From Paramoeba atlantica (Eukaryota > Protista > Discosea): a stretch of DNA of 64,000 bases. The stretch lies in NCBI GenBank assembly GCA_977017575.1, contig CDRNVI010000041.1, forward strand, positions 310,001 to 374,000, given 5' to 3'. This document shows, one piece after another, positions 22,437-34,040 of this stretch. The notes beneath the pieces were generated by a model that worked only from the letters and a program-made list of their open reading frames with translations, was not told the DNA's origin and made no database searches. A program made the position numbers and the translations under genes. Numbering within the stretch: position 1 is the first letter of the stretch; each line of letters opens with the position of its first letter.

Positions 22437-25410
22437 ACCTCCCCTGGAAGAAGAAGCTTTAAAACTGGACGAATCCGAGGTAAGAAAAGCAGTAGATACC
22501 TTCCGTCGCGGATCCTCTGCTGGGACTATGGGGCTCCGGCCTGAACACCTCCAAACAGCGCTTCAAGAGCACGTCGACCAGAATATGAATCCTCTTACGA
22601 CGCTCACTTCCTTCGTAAACCATCTCCTAGCTGGCAAAGCCCCAGACGAAGTGCAACCTTTTTTTGCAGGGGCACGGCTATGCGCACTCGAAAAAGGGGA
22701 AGATGACGTGCGTCCTATCGCTGCGGGGGAAACCCTTAGACGTCTGGTGAGCAAGGCAGTGTGCCTTTCGATAAAAGAAAAAGCAGGATCCTTCTTTGGA
22801 CGTCGTCAATACGGGGTCGCAGCGTCTGCTGGGGCGGAAAGAGTGATACACCTTTGTCGCCGTCTAATGAGAAATAATGAAGAAAATGAGAACATAACGT
22901 TCTGTAAGGTGGATCGTAAGGTGGATCTTCGGAACGCCTTTAATAACGTGAGCCAACCCGTCTTCATCTTTCTCACACGAAAGCATTTCCCTGAACTATC
23001 CCCATGGGTAGAATGGTGTTATGCCAATCACAGCTGTCTCACATTCGGCAATGATTTTATCCCCTCGGCAGAAGGAGTGCAACAAGGAGACCCTCTGGGC
23101 CCACTCCTCTTCTCCTTGGTGTTAGCAGAGGTAACAGAAGAAATTGCATCAAATTCTAACCTACGAACACAATTATGGTATTTAGATGACGGTGTGCTTG
23201 TAGGTGAGCCCAAAGAAGTCCGTAAAGCCCTAGACGTCCTCGACGAGATAGGGCCGAAGTGGGGACTCTTCCTGAATCTCTCCAAGTGCGAGGTCATTAC
23301 CCCCCCAGCATCAGCTCATACCTCCGTTTTCTTTCCTGACATCCCCAGCGATAAAATACGGTACGACGGGAACTTCGACATTCTTGGAAGCCCAATAGGC
23401 TCTGCGGAACACTGTGCGGAGTTTCTCATGACACACGCGATTGAACCAGCCCGCGAAACATTAGAAGCTACTGCTGTGTTAGAAGATCCCCAAATAGCTC
23501 TCGCACTAATACGGCAATGTTCGGGGTTTTGTCAGATGGTGTACGCACTGCGCACCACTCCTCCCCAAGCCCTTGGAGAATTATGCCAAAAACTTGACTC
23601 TCATCTAGTCCAGGCCGTGGAGCACGCAATTTCTCCCTTAGGCGTCGCCGCTCGCGACCAAATACAACGACCAAAACGCCACGGCGGGTTCGGACTTCGC
23701 TCATCAATTCTCCACCAGTCAGCAGCCTACGTTTCTTCCGTCGCGCACGCCGCTAGCTTGGACAACTGGGACCCCACAGAAGCTGAGGGATTTTCCAGCT
23801 CAGCACATGACATAAATGACAAAGTTGGGACTGATCTGGTTGATCCATACACTGGACGCATTACCAAACCTAGTGTGCCTGGTGAATATCATGCAAATCG
23901 GAGCATCCTTTCCCGCCCAGCGAAAAGAAAACTCGCACAATCCCTCAATCACGCCCTTCTCCCGGTCTCGACGGATCAGGAAAAGATCATCCCGAGGCAA
24001 AAACATCTCAGCCAAGCTATCTCGGATAGGGAATTTCAAACGGCATATTCAAAGGCAGACGCAAGAACGCGGGCGCGATGGATCTCGCAGTCCGGAAAAG
24101 GGGCCGGAAACTGGGCTTTCGCAACTCCCTCCAAGACCAGAGGCTACGCTTTCACCCACACGGAGTTTCGTACCCTAACACGCTGGTGGCTAGGCATGGA
24201 CGTCTTCCCCGAAGATCGGCCTTGCCCAGCTGACGGGTGCACCCTTCCCTTGCTCAAGAATGGAGAGCACGCTTTGCTCTGCAAGAACGGCCATGGTATC
24301 ATCTCACGGCACAACGCTCTGGCCCAACAATTTACATCGTTCTGCAGCAGTGCCTTCCTGGCGCCACAGAGAGAGAAGAGTTTGGGAAATCGGGGTCCTG
24401 GGGGGGCTCTCACGAGACCAGCAGACGTATTTCTGCCAACTGCCTCCATCGCCAAAGGATCTTTAGCGCAAGGCATGGTCCTAGATTTTGCGGTCACTCA
24501 CGCACAGCAAACAAAGTATTTGGACTCAGTCCACAATGCTAGCTGGGTGACCCCGGGGTCTTTTGCCGAGCACTTCGCGGAGACCAAGGCGCGACAGCGA
24601 CAAGAAGCAGAAAAAGCAGGACACCTCTTCACAGCGATGGTGGTGGAATCCTTTGGTTCCTGGAGCGAGAGTGCGCTAGCGTTACTCCGGGACATCGGAA
24701 CCCAACGGGCGAATGCATCCAAAGGGCTCCTTTCACGAGACCAAGCGCGAAACGATCTCCTAACAGATCTGAACGTGACGCTAATGCGTTCTCAAGCCAG
24801 GATGATGGTTTCGCGCATCCGCGTAGAGGACCCAGCGGATCCTTTGGTAGAGGCTTAAGCCTCTACTGACAGTCCTATTTCAGCACGAAGACGCCATGGT
24901 ATCCAGGACGGGTGCTGGTCGGGTCGACAGAGTCTATGCTCACGCCTAGCCCGCGAGGGCTAGGTACCCCAAGTGAGGTAGTACACGGGTAGTGAATCTC
25001 CTCCCCGTCGACCAGCATCCTGTTTCGCGACCGTGTCGCTGTCGACACAGGCCCGCGCCTGCGCCCTCCCACATAACAAGGGAAGGGTTCACAAGTCAGG
25101 CCGTGGAGTGGTCGAAAGACCCGGTCCGGAACGCGCGAATGGATTGGGTCTGTATTGCTTGTTTTAGTTTTTACTGTTTCTTGTTTGTAGTATATACTTA
25201 GGGGAGATTAAATTGCTAGTTTTGGGCTGAGAAAAAACAAAAGGTACATCTGTGGAAACAAAAAGAATTGCTAATTTGATTGCTTGTTTTCAACTCGTAT
25301 ACCCCCCCCAATGGACCTACTTGGTTCGTCTACTGGGTCAAAATATAGAGGCAATGCCGCGATTCATACTTCTCCCCCCTTATTAACTGCAAAAAAAAAA
25401 AAAAAAAAAA
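22437..25410 (+). mobile_element. 5'-truncated CRE-like family F element
   Basis: Open frame to 24858 with full RT and REL motifs; in-frame 12-nt duplication (KVDRKVDL); 3' module at about 24910-25145; poly(A) 25391-25410. Confidence 0.9.
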
Positions 25411-25412
25411 GA

Positions 25413-25454
25413 AACTAACTTTAACGATAAAGATACAGTTTCTGTACCTTGTTG
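25413..25454 (+). other. Complete 42-nt SL exon at the head of element E
   Basis: AACTAACTTTAACGATAAAGATACAGTTTCTGTACCTTGTTG begins with the canonical AACTAAC; no upstream SL-gene sequence and no intron. Confidence 0.88.
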
Positions 25455-25498
25455 ACTTATTTTAATTATCCCACTTTTTTCCCTGGGAGGGTATAACC

Positions 25499-28400
25499 AT
25501 GCCACAAGACGACCTTTTCGACGCGAACACATTACCTATGGACGACGACTCTTTCCGCCAGGAAGAAAATTCTCACAACACGGGTGATTGGGACCAATTT
25601 GCAGGTAACGCACACTTAATCTCTGGACAGAGCTCCTACAATGAACTTCTATACACGACACCCATTCCCAAGAACATACCGAAACACTGGGCAGAAAGAG
25701 CCGCCAAGTTCGCTGGAGAGAATCCCACGCCTGACACGGGCAGAGTGACGGATAATGAAGAGACCAATCATTCTCGCGTTGTGGATGCGAGCGCAGGAAT
25801 CCCGCCTGAGGTCTCTGGCGCGAAAATTTCTTCTCCAAACAAGCGCAAGAACGCAAACCCGTTACCGTCTCTACAACACAGCCCGCAACGAGTATGTCCA
25901 GCGGAAGGATGCTCTTGGAAGACGCCTCCACATGGTGGACAATGGCAAGCGTATTACAACCATGTGGCCCACCGACACGGCGAAAGCGTACCCACAGACT
26001 GGTGGGAGGGAGAAGGAAGATTTCTCTGCAAAGATTGCGGCAGGCACTACGACAAAAACAAGGAAAAGGCTCACCCCAAGCACTGCAAAGGCTGCGACCA
26101 CCATGTCCGATCTCCAACCCCGCCTAGACCAACGACACGTCCTAGAAACGCAGAGGATGTTCCTCCGGAAAACCTGCTACCAACGCTAAGCTCTGTGTGC
26201 GCACTGCCCATAAGCAAATGTAAAGACGTCCCACATTCCTGTAGATTCCTATGGGCGAGCATTTTGACACAAGCCTTTACTACTGCTGTTCAAGAAAACA
26301 CGGTGGAGGCATGGACGTTACTCGCAATGCTCCCTAAATGCGTCTTACCTGCACCGTACCGAGGCGGACGCAAAGGACACATGTCGTATTCTACACATGT
26401 GGAAAAAAATATGGAGCTTTGGTTAGCAGGAGAGTACCTTTTACTCTGGGAACAGGCCCTGAAAGATCACGGAAAAAAACGCTCCAAGCCTAGAAATACC
26501 GAAAGTGAAGAAGATAGAGCAGCAATCAGGGCAGAACTCTTGGCACGTCAAGGGGAGTACTCTAGGGGAATGGCCGCCCTAACTGCAGCACCCATGGCGC
26601 CAGACAACGAGGAGACCCTCGCGAAGCTATTAGAAAAGCACCCAGAGCCACCCGAAAACCCACTCGAGAACAACATACCACCAATCGAGGGTAACCCCCT
26701 GCGCCTGGAGGAAGTGGAGGTCAGGAAAGCTATCGATAGTTTTCACAGAGGGTCTTCCGCCGGAACAATGGGTCTACGCCCCGAGCACATCCAGTCAGCC
26801 ATTTTGGAACACGTCGACAAGAATGTGAATCCTCTCTCGGCACTCACTCGCCTCGCGAACCATATGCTCCGAGGAAAGGCACCGCCAGAAGTTCAATTAT
26901 TCTACGCTGGAGCTCGTCTCTGCGCCCTTGAGAAAGGTGAGGGGGACGTCCGACCCATAGCAGCAGGCGAAACCCTCAGACGCCTAATAAGCAAAGCAGC
27001 ATGCATCGCCGTAAAGGAGAAGGCTGGAACTTTATTCCGAGGGCAACAATATGGTGTGGCAGCATCCGCGGGGGCCGAACGAGTAATTCATCTTTGCCGG
27101 AAAACAATGCTAAACAATTTGGGGAGCGACAGTTTTGTCATCTGCAAAGTGGACCTCAGAAACGCTTTCAACAACGTCAGCAGACCGGTATTCACTTTGC
27201 TCACACGCATGAACTTTCCAGAACTTTCACCTTGGGTAGAGTGGTGTTACAAAAGCCCGAGTTGTCTTACTTATGGAAACCACTTCCTATCCTCAGCCGA
27301 AGGCGTGCAACAGGGTGATCCATTGGGCCCGCTTCTCTTTTCTCTTGTCCTTTCTGAAATTACTACAGAAATATCATCCCGGTCAAACTTAGACTCTCAA
27401 CTATGGTATTTGGACGACGGGGTGCTCATGGGGGAGGCTGCGGAGGTACGAAAGGCGCTGAACGTTCTTTCCGAGTTTGGACCACGGTGCGGACTTTTCT
27501 TTAACCCAACGAAATGTGAAATTATTACACCACCTCCATCAGCCCATCTCACAACATTATTTCCCGAGATACCAACGGCAAAATCCCGAGTGGACGGGAA
27601 TTTCGACATTCTTGGATCCCCAATCGGGTCTTCAGAACATTGCGCGGAGTTCCTCATGTCACACGCCATTGATCCTGCACGTGAGACTCTAGCTGCGATT
27701 GGGCTAATAAAAGACCCACAAGTCGCCATCGCCCTAATTCGCCAATGCACAGGTTTTTGTCAAATGGTGTACGCACTCCGCACCACACCCCCGCAGGCTC
27801 TTTCCCAGCTTTGTAGTATACTTGATGAAAACGTTTTAACAGCCGTGGAGTGGGCACTTTTTCCCCTGGAACCCCACGCACGAGACCAAATCCAACGCAG
27901 GAAGCGTCATGGAGGTTTCGGCCTCAGGTCTTCAACACTTCATGCATCAGCCGCTTACGTTTCTTCCGTTGCGCACGCCGCCGATATGGATGACTGGGAC
28001 CCTACAGAGGCTGACGGATTTACTGCCTCGGTAAAAGATGTAAACAGTAAGGCAGGAGTATCTCTAGTGGACCCTATTACGGGGCGCACACCAAAGCAGA
28101 ACAAGTCACACCATGACTCAGGCCAACGTCACAATTTCCTCTCGAAAAGAAAACGCCCACGGTGTACGCTCAACAAAATGGAGGCAGACAGGGCGACAGA
28201 GCCGGAGATGGTCATCCCCCGGCAGCAACAGCTCAGCCAGGCTATCTCCCAACAGGAATTCACCACAGCCTACGGGCAGGCCGACCCCCGCACGCGCGCA
28301 CGATGGGTCTCGCAGTCGGGGAAGGGAGCTGGCAGCTGGGCTTTTGTCACGCCCTCTAGGAACAAAGGATACGCTTTCACACCCACCGAGTTCCGCACGC

Positions 28401-29077
28401 TATCACGCTGGTGGCTAGGCTCCGATATTTACCAACAAGATCGACCTTGTCCCGCAAAAGGATGCGCATCACCCTTGCAGAGAGATGGGGAACATGCCTT
28501 GCTATGCAAGAACGGACACGGCCTCATCACCAGGCATAACGCGGTGTGCGAACAATTCGCCTCATTTTGCAGGAAAGCCGACATGGCACCACAAAGGGAA
28601 AAAATCCTGGGAAACAGGGGACCTGGAGGGGGTCTCACCAGGCCCGCCGACGTGTTCATACCCAACTTCACCCTGGGAAATGGTATGGTGTTAGACTTCG
28701 CAGTCACCCACGCACAGCAACTAAAGTATTTGGACTCCGTCCGAAATGCTAGCTGGGTGGCTGCGGGGTCTTTCGCTGAACATTACTCAACAACGAAGAA
28801 TACCCAACGTCAGGAAGCGGAAAAGGAAAACTTACTCTTCACCGCCATGGTGGTTGAGTCCTTTGGGTCGTGGAGCAAAAGTGCTCTAGCAGTCTTGTGG
28901 AAGGTGGGGGCGCTACGCGCCAGTGCGTCTAATGGTCTTCTTACTGACACACAGGCTCGAAATGAACTCTTAAAAGAGTTGAACGTGACGCTCATGCGCT
29001 CACAGGCCCGAATGATGGTCTCCAGGTTGGTCGTAAGTGACCCCAGCGCCCCCTTGGAAGGGGCCTCACTCTCATGA
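25499..29077 (+). CDS. Intact CRE-like retrotransposon polyprotein, family E (1192 aa): LsmAD-like, zinc fingers, RT, REL
   Basis: ATG 45 nt after the SL; CPAEGC...HVAHRH finger; CKDC...H...C; RT motifs KVDLRNAFN, QQGDPLGPLLF, WYLDDG; C-terminal C..GC...H...C, RHN, RPADV, LDFAVTH. Confidence 0.93.
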   Translation: MPQDDLFDANTLPMDDDSFRQEENSHNTGDWDQFAGNAHLISGQSSYNELLYTTPIPKNIPKHWAERAAKFAGENPTPDTGRVTDNEETNHSRVVDASAGIPPEVSGAKISSPNKRKNANPLPSLQHSPQRVCPAEGCSWKTPPHGGQWQAYYNHVAHRHGESVPTDWWEGEGRFLCKDCGRHYDKNKEKAHPKHCKGCDHHVRSPTPPRPTTRPRNAEDVPPENLLPTLSSVCALPISKCKDVPHSCRFLWASILTQAFTTAVQENTVEAWTLLAMLPKCVLPAPYRGGRKGHMSYSTHVEKNMELWLAGEYLLLWEQALKDHGKKRSKPRNTESEEDRAAIRAELLARQGEYSRGMAALTAAPMAPDNEETLAKLLEKHPEPPENPLENNIPPIEGNPLRLEEVEVRKAIDSFHRGSSAGTMGLRPEHIQSAILEHVDKNVNPLSALTRLANHMLRGKAPPEVQLFYAGARLCALEKGEGDVRPIAAGETLRRLISKAACIAVKEKAGTLFRGQQYGVAASAGAERVIHLCRKTMLNNLGSDSFVICKVDLRNAFNNVSRPVFTLLTRMNFPELSPWVEWCYKSPSCLTYGNHFLSSAEGVQQGDPLGPLLFSLVLSEITTEISSRSNLDSQLWYLDDGVLMGEAAEVRKALNVLSEFGPRCGLFFNPTKCEIITPPPSAHLTTLFPEIPTAKSRVDGNFDILGSPIGSSEHCAEFLMSHAIDPARETLAAIGLIKDPQVAIALIRQCTGFCQMVYALRTTPPQALSQLCSILDENVLTAVEWALFPLEPHARDQIQRRKRHGGFGLRSSTLHASAAYVSSVAHAADMDDWDPTEADGFTASVKDVNSKAGVSLVDPITGRTPKQNKSHHDSGQRHNFLSKRKRPRCTLNKMEADRATEPEMVIPRQQQLSQAISQQEFTTAYGQADPRTRARWVSQSGKGAGSWAFVTPSRNKGYAFTPTEFRTLSRWWLGSDIYQQDRPCPAKGCASPLQRDGEHALLCKNGHGLITRHNAVCEQFASFCRKADMAPQREKILGNRGPGGGLTRPADVFIPNFTLGNGMVLDFAVTHAQQLKYLDSVRNASWVAAGSFAEHYSTTKNTQRQEAEKENLLFTAMVVESFGSWSKSALAVLWKVGALRASASNGLLTDTQARNELLKELNVTLMRSQARMMVSRLVVSDPSAPLEGASLS

Positions 29078-29099
29078 GTGAGGTTCTCCAATGTGAGCC

Positions 29100-29340
29100 C
29101 GGATGCTGGTCGTGTCGACAGAGTCTATACTCACGCCTAGCTCGCGAGGGCTAGGTACCCCAAGTGAGGTATTACACGGGCAGTGAATCTCCTCCCCGTC
29201 GGCCAGCATCCTGTTTCGCGACCGTGTCGCTGTCGACACAGGCCCGCGCCTGCGCCCTCCCACATAACAAGGGAAGGGTTCACAAGTCAGGCCGTGGAAA
29301 GGTCGAAAGACCCGGTCCGAAGCGCGCGAATGGATTGGGC
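29100..29340 (+). ncRNA. Conserved 3' RNA module copy (family E)
   Basis: Same helices; CCTAGCTC-GCGA-GGGCTAGG with a G-U substitution; poly(A) 29536-29556. Confidence 0.75.
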
Positions 29341-29610
29341 ATGGATTGCTTGCTTTAATTTTTACTGTTTCTTGTTTGTAGTATATACTTAGGGGAGAGT
29401 AAATCGCTAGTTTTGGGCTGAGAAAAAAAGAAAAAGAAAATATACTTCTGTGGAAATAAAAAGAATTGCTAATTTGATTGCTTGTTTTAAATTCATATAC
29501 CCCCCTAATGGACCTACTATGTACTTGGTTCGTCTAAAAAAAAAAAAAAAAAAAAAGAGCGGACGGGGTCCTGGGGTATGGAGGTTGTCCCTATAATTTT
29601 GGAAGGTTAT

Positions 29611-29890
29611 GGATGTTAATCGGTTAACAGGCTTTATTCTCACGCCTTGTTTCCTTTTCGGAAGCAAGGTTCCCCAATGTGAGGTAAATATGAGTAAAGG
29701 TTTCCTTTATTCTACGATTAACGCCTTAATGTTTTTTAACCGCGTCACTGTTGACACGGCCGTACACCACGCCTAGTTGCTCCACACTTCTAGGTCCCAA
29801 GTTGGTGCATGGGCAGAGGTTGAAAGCGTAACCTGTGTAGCTCGTGTGAGCTTGTAAAGGGCGTGGCAGTGGACTGGTCATCTATTGCTA
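29611..29890 (+). ncRNA. Divergent homolog of the 3' RNA module (clade-2 G-type UTR)
   Basis: Colinear motifs TATTCTCACGCCTTG...CAAGGTTCCCCAATGTGAGGTA, GTCACTGTTGAC and AGAGGTTGAAA, with compensatory changes. Confidence 0.7.
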
Positions 29891-30460
29891 TCGTTATCCT
29901 TGTACGAGTTCTGTAAGTGAGGTTTGATTATGATTTCTTTTCTATATATGATTTACTATGTGTCCGGGCATTTTTATACAGGTTTTATTTTGTGTGACGT
30001 GTGTGCGGGCAGGTTGGTCGAGGGTTCCGGTGGGGGGAACCACGTTAACAGAGTGACAGTGACATATATGTTTGCAGGCCTAAAATTGTCGTGAGAACAT
30101 ATTATTTACAGTTTAATGTTGATGTTATGTTTTGAGATTGGGAAATAGGGCTTGTGAGCAATCAGATACATTTTAGTTGTTTCTTTGTTTACTATTCGAT
30201 ACATGTTATTTATTGAGGGAGATACGGAGTATCTAACTCGCTTACTAAGGTTAATTCCAAAACATGAAAATGCCCATCAAAGAAGCGAGAGATCGAGTTT
30301 TTTCAAAATTTTAAAACGTAGCAGTACCTCACTAGATGAACTCTTTAATACTCGAAAAATCATCTACAACGACCTCATTTCCCAAATTGTAGAACACTTT
30401 TGGTAAAAAACAGTGCGTCTGCAAAGGTCTGCGATACGACAAACTGGTTGACTAAGGAGA

Positions 30461-30542
30461 GTCCTTTGAGTAGTCCAGTTGGTAAAGGGGTTCCATTTTG
30501 ACGCTGGATGTCCGCGGTTCGATTCCCGGCATCGACATTTTT
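30461..30542 (+). promoter_or_regulatory. tRNA-like box A/B sequence (duplicate of 14802)
   Basis: Lies in a duplicated block, 30211-32170 matching 14553-17000 apart from the 15550-15975 insert. Confidence 0.5.
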
Positions 30543-30709
30543 GAACAAAAAAAATTATATGCTCAAAATCGCGAAAAAAACAAATTCGGAACGATTTTTT
30601 TTTTCAGAAATTTTTTCTTGAAAAAAGTGGCCAGCTGGCCACCAAAAACACGGTTTACATTTTGTATATATATAGAGAGAAAAATAATGTGCAGGTCCGA
30701 GTGGTACAG

Positions 30710-31950
30710 TGTGTAGCTACAGTGGCCCTTGAGAGAGTGAGAGCAGTGCCACGTGAGGCAGTGATTGCACAGTGATGCAGTGCAGCTGCAGTGGCACGTG
30801 CCAGAGTAAGTGCACTTCCATGTGAGGCAGTGACTGCAGTGATGCAGTGTAGCTGCAGTGGCACGTTAGAGAGTAAGTGCACTGCCATGTGAGGCAGTGA
30901 CTGCAGTGAGGCAGTGTAGCTGCAGTGGCACGTGCCAGAGTAAGTGCACTGCCATGTGAGGCAGTGACTGCAGTGATGCAGTGTAGCTGCAGTGGCACGT
31001 GCGAGAGTAAGTGCACTGCCATGTGAGGCAGTGACTGCAGTGATGCAGTGTAGCTGCAGTGGCACGTTAGAGAGTAAGTGCACTGCCATGTGAGGCAGTG
31101 ACTGCAGTGATGCAGCGCAGCTGCAGCGGCACGTGCGAGAGTAAGATTACCGCCACGTGAGACAGTGAATGCAGTGATGCAGTGCAGCTGCAATAGCACG
31201 TGAGAGAGTGAGAGTACTGCCACGTGAGGCAGTGATGCAGTGTAGCTGCAGTGGCACGTACGAGAGTAAGAGTAGAGGCAGTGAATGCAGTGCAGCTGCA
31301 ATAGCACGTGAGAGAGTGAGAGTACTGCCACGTGAGGCAGTGACTGCAGTGTAGCTGCAGTGGCACGTGAGAGAGTGAGAGTACTGCCACGTGAGGCAGT
31401 GACTGCAGTGTAGATACAGTGGAATGTGAGAGAGTCAGTGACTGCAGTGTAGCTACAGTGGAACGTGAGAGAGTGAGAGTACTGCCACGTGAGGCAGTTA
31501 CTGCAGTGTAGCTGCAGTAGCACGTGAGAGAGTGAGAGTACTGCCACGTGAGGCAGTGACTGCCGTGTAGATACAGTGGAATGTGAGAGAGTCAGTGACT
31601 GCAGTGTAGCTACAGTAGCACGTGAGAGAGTGAGTGTACTGCCACGTGAGGCAGTGACTGCAGTGTAGATACAGTGGAATGTGAGAGAGTCAGTGACTGC
31701 AGTGTAGATACAGTGGCACGTGAGAGAGTAAGTGTACTGCCATGTGAGGCAGTGACTGCAGTGATGCAGTGTAGCTGCAGTGGCAGGTGAGAGAGTAAGT
31801 GCACTGCCATGTGAGGCAGTGACTCCAGTGCAGCTGCATTGGCACGTGCGAGAGTAAGAGTAGTGTCACGTGAGGCAGCGACTGCAGTGTAGATACAGTG
31901 GCACGTGAGAGAGTAAGTGTACTGCCACGTGGGGCAGTGACTCACGTTGA
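30710..31950 (+). repeat. 59-67 bp CAGTG minisatellite, second array
   Basis: Same unit as 15050-16790, without the internal insert. Confidence 0.9.
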
Positions 31951-32189
31951 GTGAGTCCACTGAGTGAGTCCCACGGGGGTGGGAGAGTGTTGTGGAAGAG
32001 TGGCCAGCTGGCCATGTTGTGGAAGGGTGGCCAGCTGGCCATGTTTTGGAAGTGGCCATGTTGTGGAAGTGACCATGTTTTAGAAGTGGCCAATTTGTGG
32101 AAGGGTGGCCAGCTGGCCATGTTGTGGAAGGGCGGCCAGCTGGCCATGTTGTGGAAGGGTGGCCAGCTGGCTTTCGCTACTGTTTTGCC

Positions 32190-32665
32190 GTAGCCATATT
32201 TGACGCATTGGAGAGCCCATTTTCACCGAAGGTCCATGGGTGTCGCCCCATAGTTGTAGTGTTGCTGTTTCGTCCATTGATCGATTTCTGTCACCGTGAC
32301 GAACCTCCATCCTATTTTTCGGACCCTTTTTCCACGGTTATACCCTTTTTCCACGGTTTGTATTTCCGTTTTCCTATGAATGTTTCATCCACTTGCAGTT
32401 TGGAAAAGTTAAAATCCGTGTTTCCTTGGTGGAACGCTGCTTTACCTACCATGTGAAGGAACTTTGTGACAGTGCCTTGCCGCACTCCACGGTTACGACT
32501 GATTTGCCCTGTCGTGAGGTTGTTCGCGATGTCCCCCCATATTAGAAGAAGAGTATCTATATCCACTCCAGAGCGACTGTTCAAAAAAAGGGGAGAATAT
32601 AAACGCTCGCGCACGACATGGGTTGCAAGCATCGTCAGCACGATACGTAAATACAGGGGGTGCAC
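32190..32665 (-). pseudogene. Merlin/IS1595(ISXO2)-like DDE transposase remnant
   Basis: LQVDETFIGKRKY, then after a short duplication YNRGKRVRKIGW, reconstructing the VDETxxGKRKYNRG...W signature; HTH-like segment upstream. Confidence 0.75.
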
Positions 32666-32927
32666 GAAATTATGGGGGGGGGGTCAAAATTCTTACAACT
32701 CGGCCAATTTTGGAAAATAATAGCGCATTCGAGAGCTCTCACAGAGTTACGTGTCATGTGATATAACGTTTTACGTAGTTTCCAGGTATATGCATTCTCC
32801 TGGAGGGCGGAGGTGGCGGAGTGGCAAGAATTCAAAGTTTGAAGCACATGGTGCTCAGACGGCGAGTTCAAACCCGCTCATCGCAATATTCCTGGCGGCC
32901 TCACTCTAAGAGGCTGGGCTGATAACC

Positions 32928-33448
32928 GACTAGGCCCAGTACTCGTAGGACCGTCCCGGACCCTCCCCTCAGGGAACCAGCTCCCTTACCCGGCTTACAC
33001 CTCTTGGGTAAGCCGTGTTGACGCACAGTTCGTCGACGCAGCGTGTTGGCAACAGCACGTTGGTGCCGCCTTGGACAAGCGGAATCTGGTAGAGGACGTC
33101 GGCCTCGGAACTTCCAAATCTGTCTGTGAAGGGTCTGGCTTGCCAGTGACCATCCGGAGCAATCCGGAATGATTTGGATTTTGGATTGGACTAGGCCCAG
33201 TACTCGGAGGACCGTCCCGGACCCTCCCCACAGGGAACCAGCTCCCTTACCAGGCTTACACCTCTTGGGTAAGCCGTGTTGACGCACAGTTCGTCGACGC
33301 AGCGTGTTGGCAACAGCACGTTGGTGCCGCCTTGGACAAGCGGAAACTGGTAGAGGACGTCGGCCTCGGAACTTCCAAATCTGTCTGTGAAGGGTCTGGC
33401 TTGCCAGTGACCATCCGGATCAATCCGGAATGATTTGGATTTTTTGGA
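32928..33448. repeat. Two tandem copies of a 261-bp GC-rich unit
   Basis: GACTAGGCCCAGTACTCG at 32928 and 33189. Confidence 0.85.
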
Positions 33449-33835
33449 TTTTTGGCATTCTCCTGAATACCGTAAAAAGGGCAACTGCAAGTTTTTTTTC
33501 TGGTAAGAAAAAAGTTAGTATCCACAATTTCCACCTTTTTTCTCCAGCACAATTTTCACACGGGTTGAAACACTCTTTAAAGTCCTCAAAAATACATCGT
33601 ATTGCGCCTCTTCTAATTTTTCGACCCCAGAAGCGATCTCTCGTCTCAAATCTGCACGATTCGTTGGACAAAGCGAGTTTTTATGCTCGTCCATATCAGA
33701 ATCGAGAATTTTTTAACCATGATAGTTTACGAGAGGAAATTTAGACGAGAACAAATACGAATTTGAAAAGACTTCTTTTTCTCAAATGGCCCTCGAGGCA
33801 CATAATCTCTGATTATGAATTCTATTATATCTTTT

Positions 33836-34040
33836 AACCCAGATTGAAAGGGGCGAGGGAGATACGAAGCAACAGGCGTGGCAGATTCCCACTGAAAAGA
33901 AATGGTATCTCCCCGCACGAGAAAAGCCTTTGCGCTTTCTAGCTCGGAGACAAGCTTCGTGCGGGAGATACCATTTCTTTTCAGTGGGAATCTGCCACGC
34001 CTGTTGCTTCGTATCTCCCTCGCCCCTTTCAATCTGGGTT
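33836..34040. repeat. 205-bp palindromic element, copy 2, spacer in the opposite orientation
   Basis: Arms as in 17213-17417; spacer is the reverse complement with one mismatch. Confidence 0.85.

Noticed and set aside
25413-25500. A functional SL RNA gene
   Set aside because: No GT donor, intron or promoter next to any of the four SL copies
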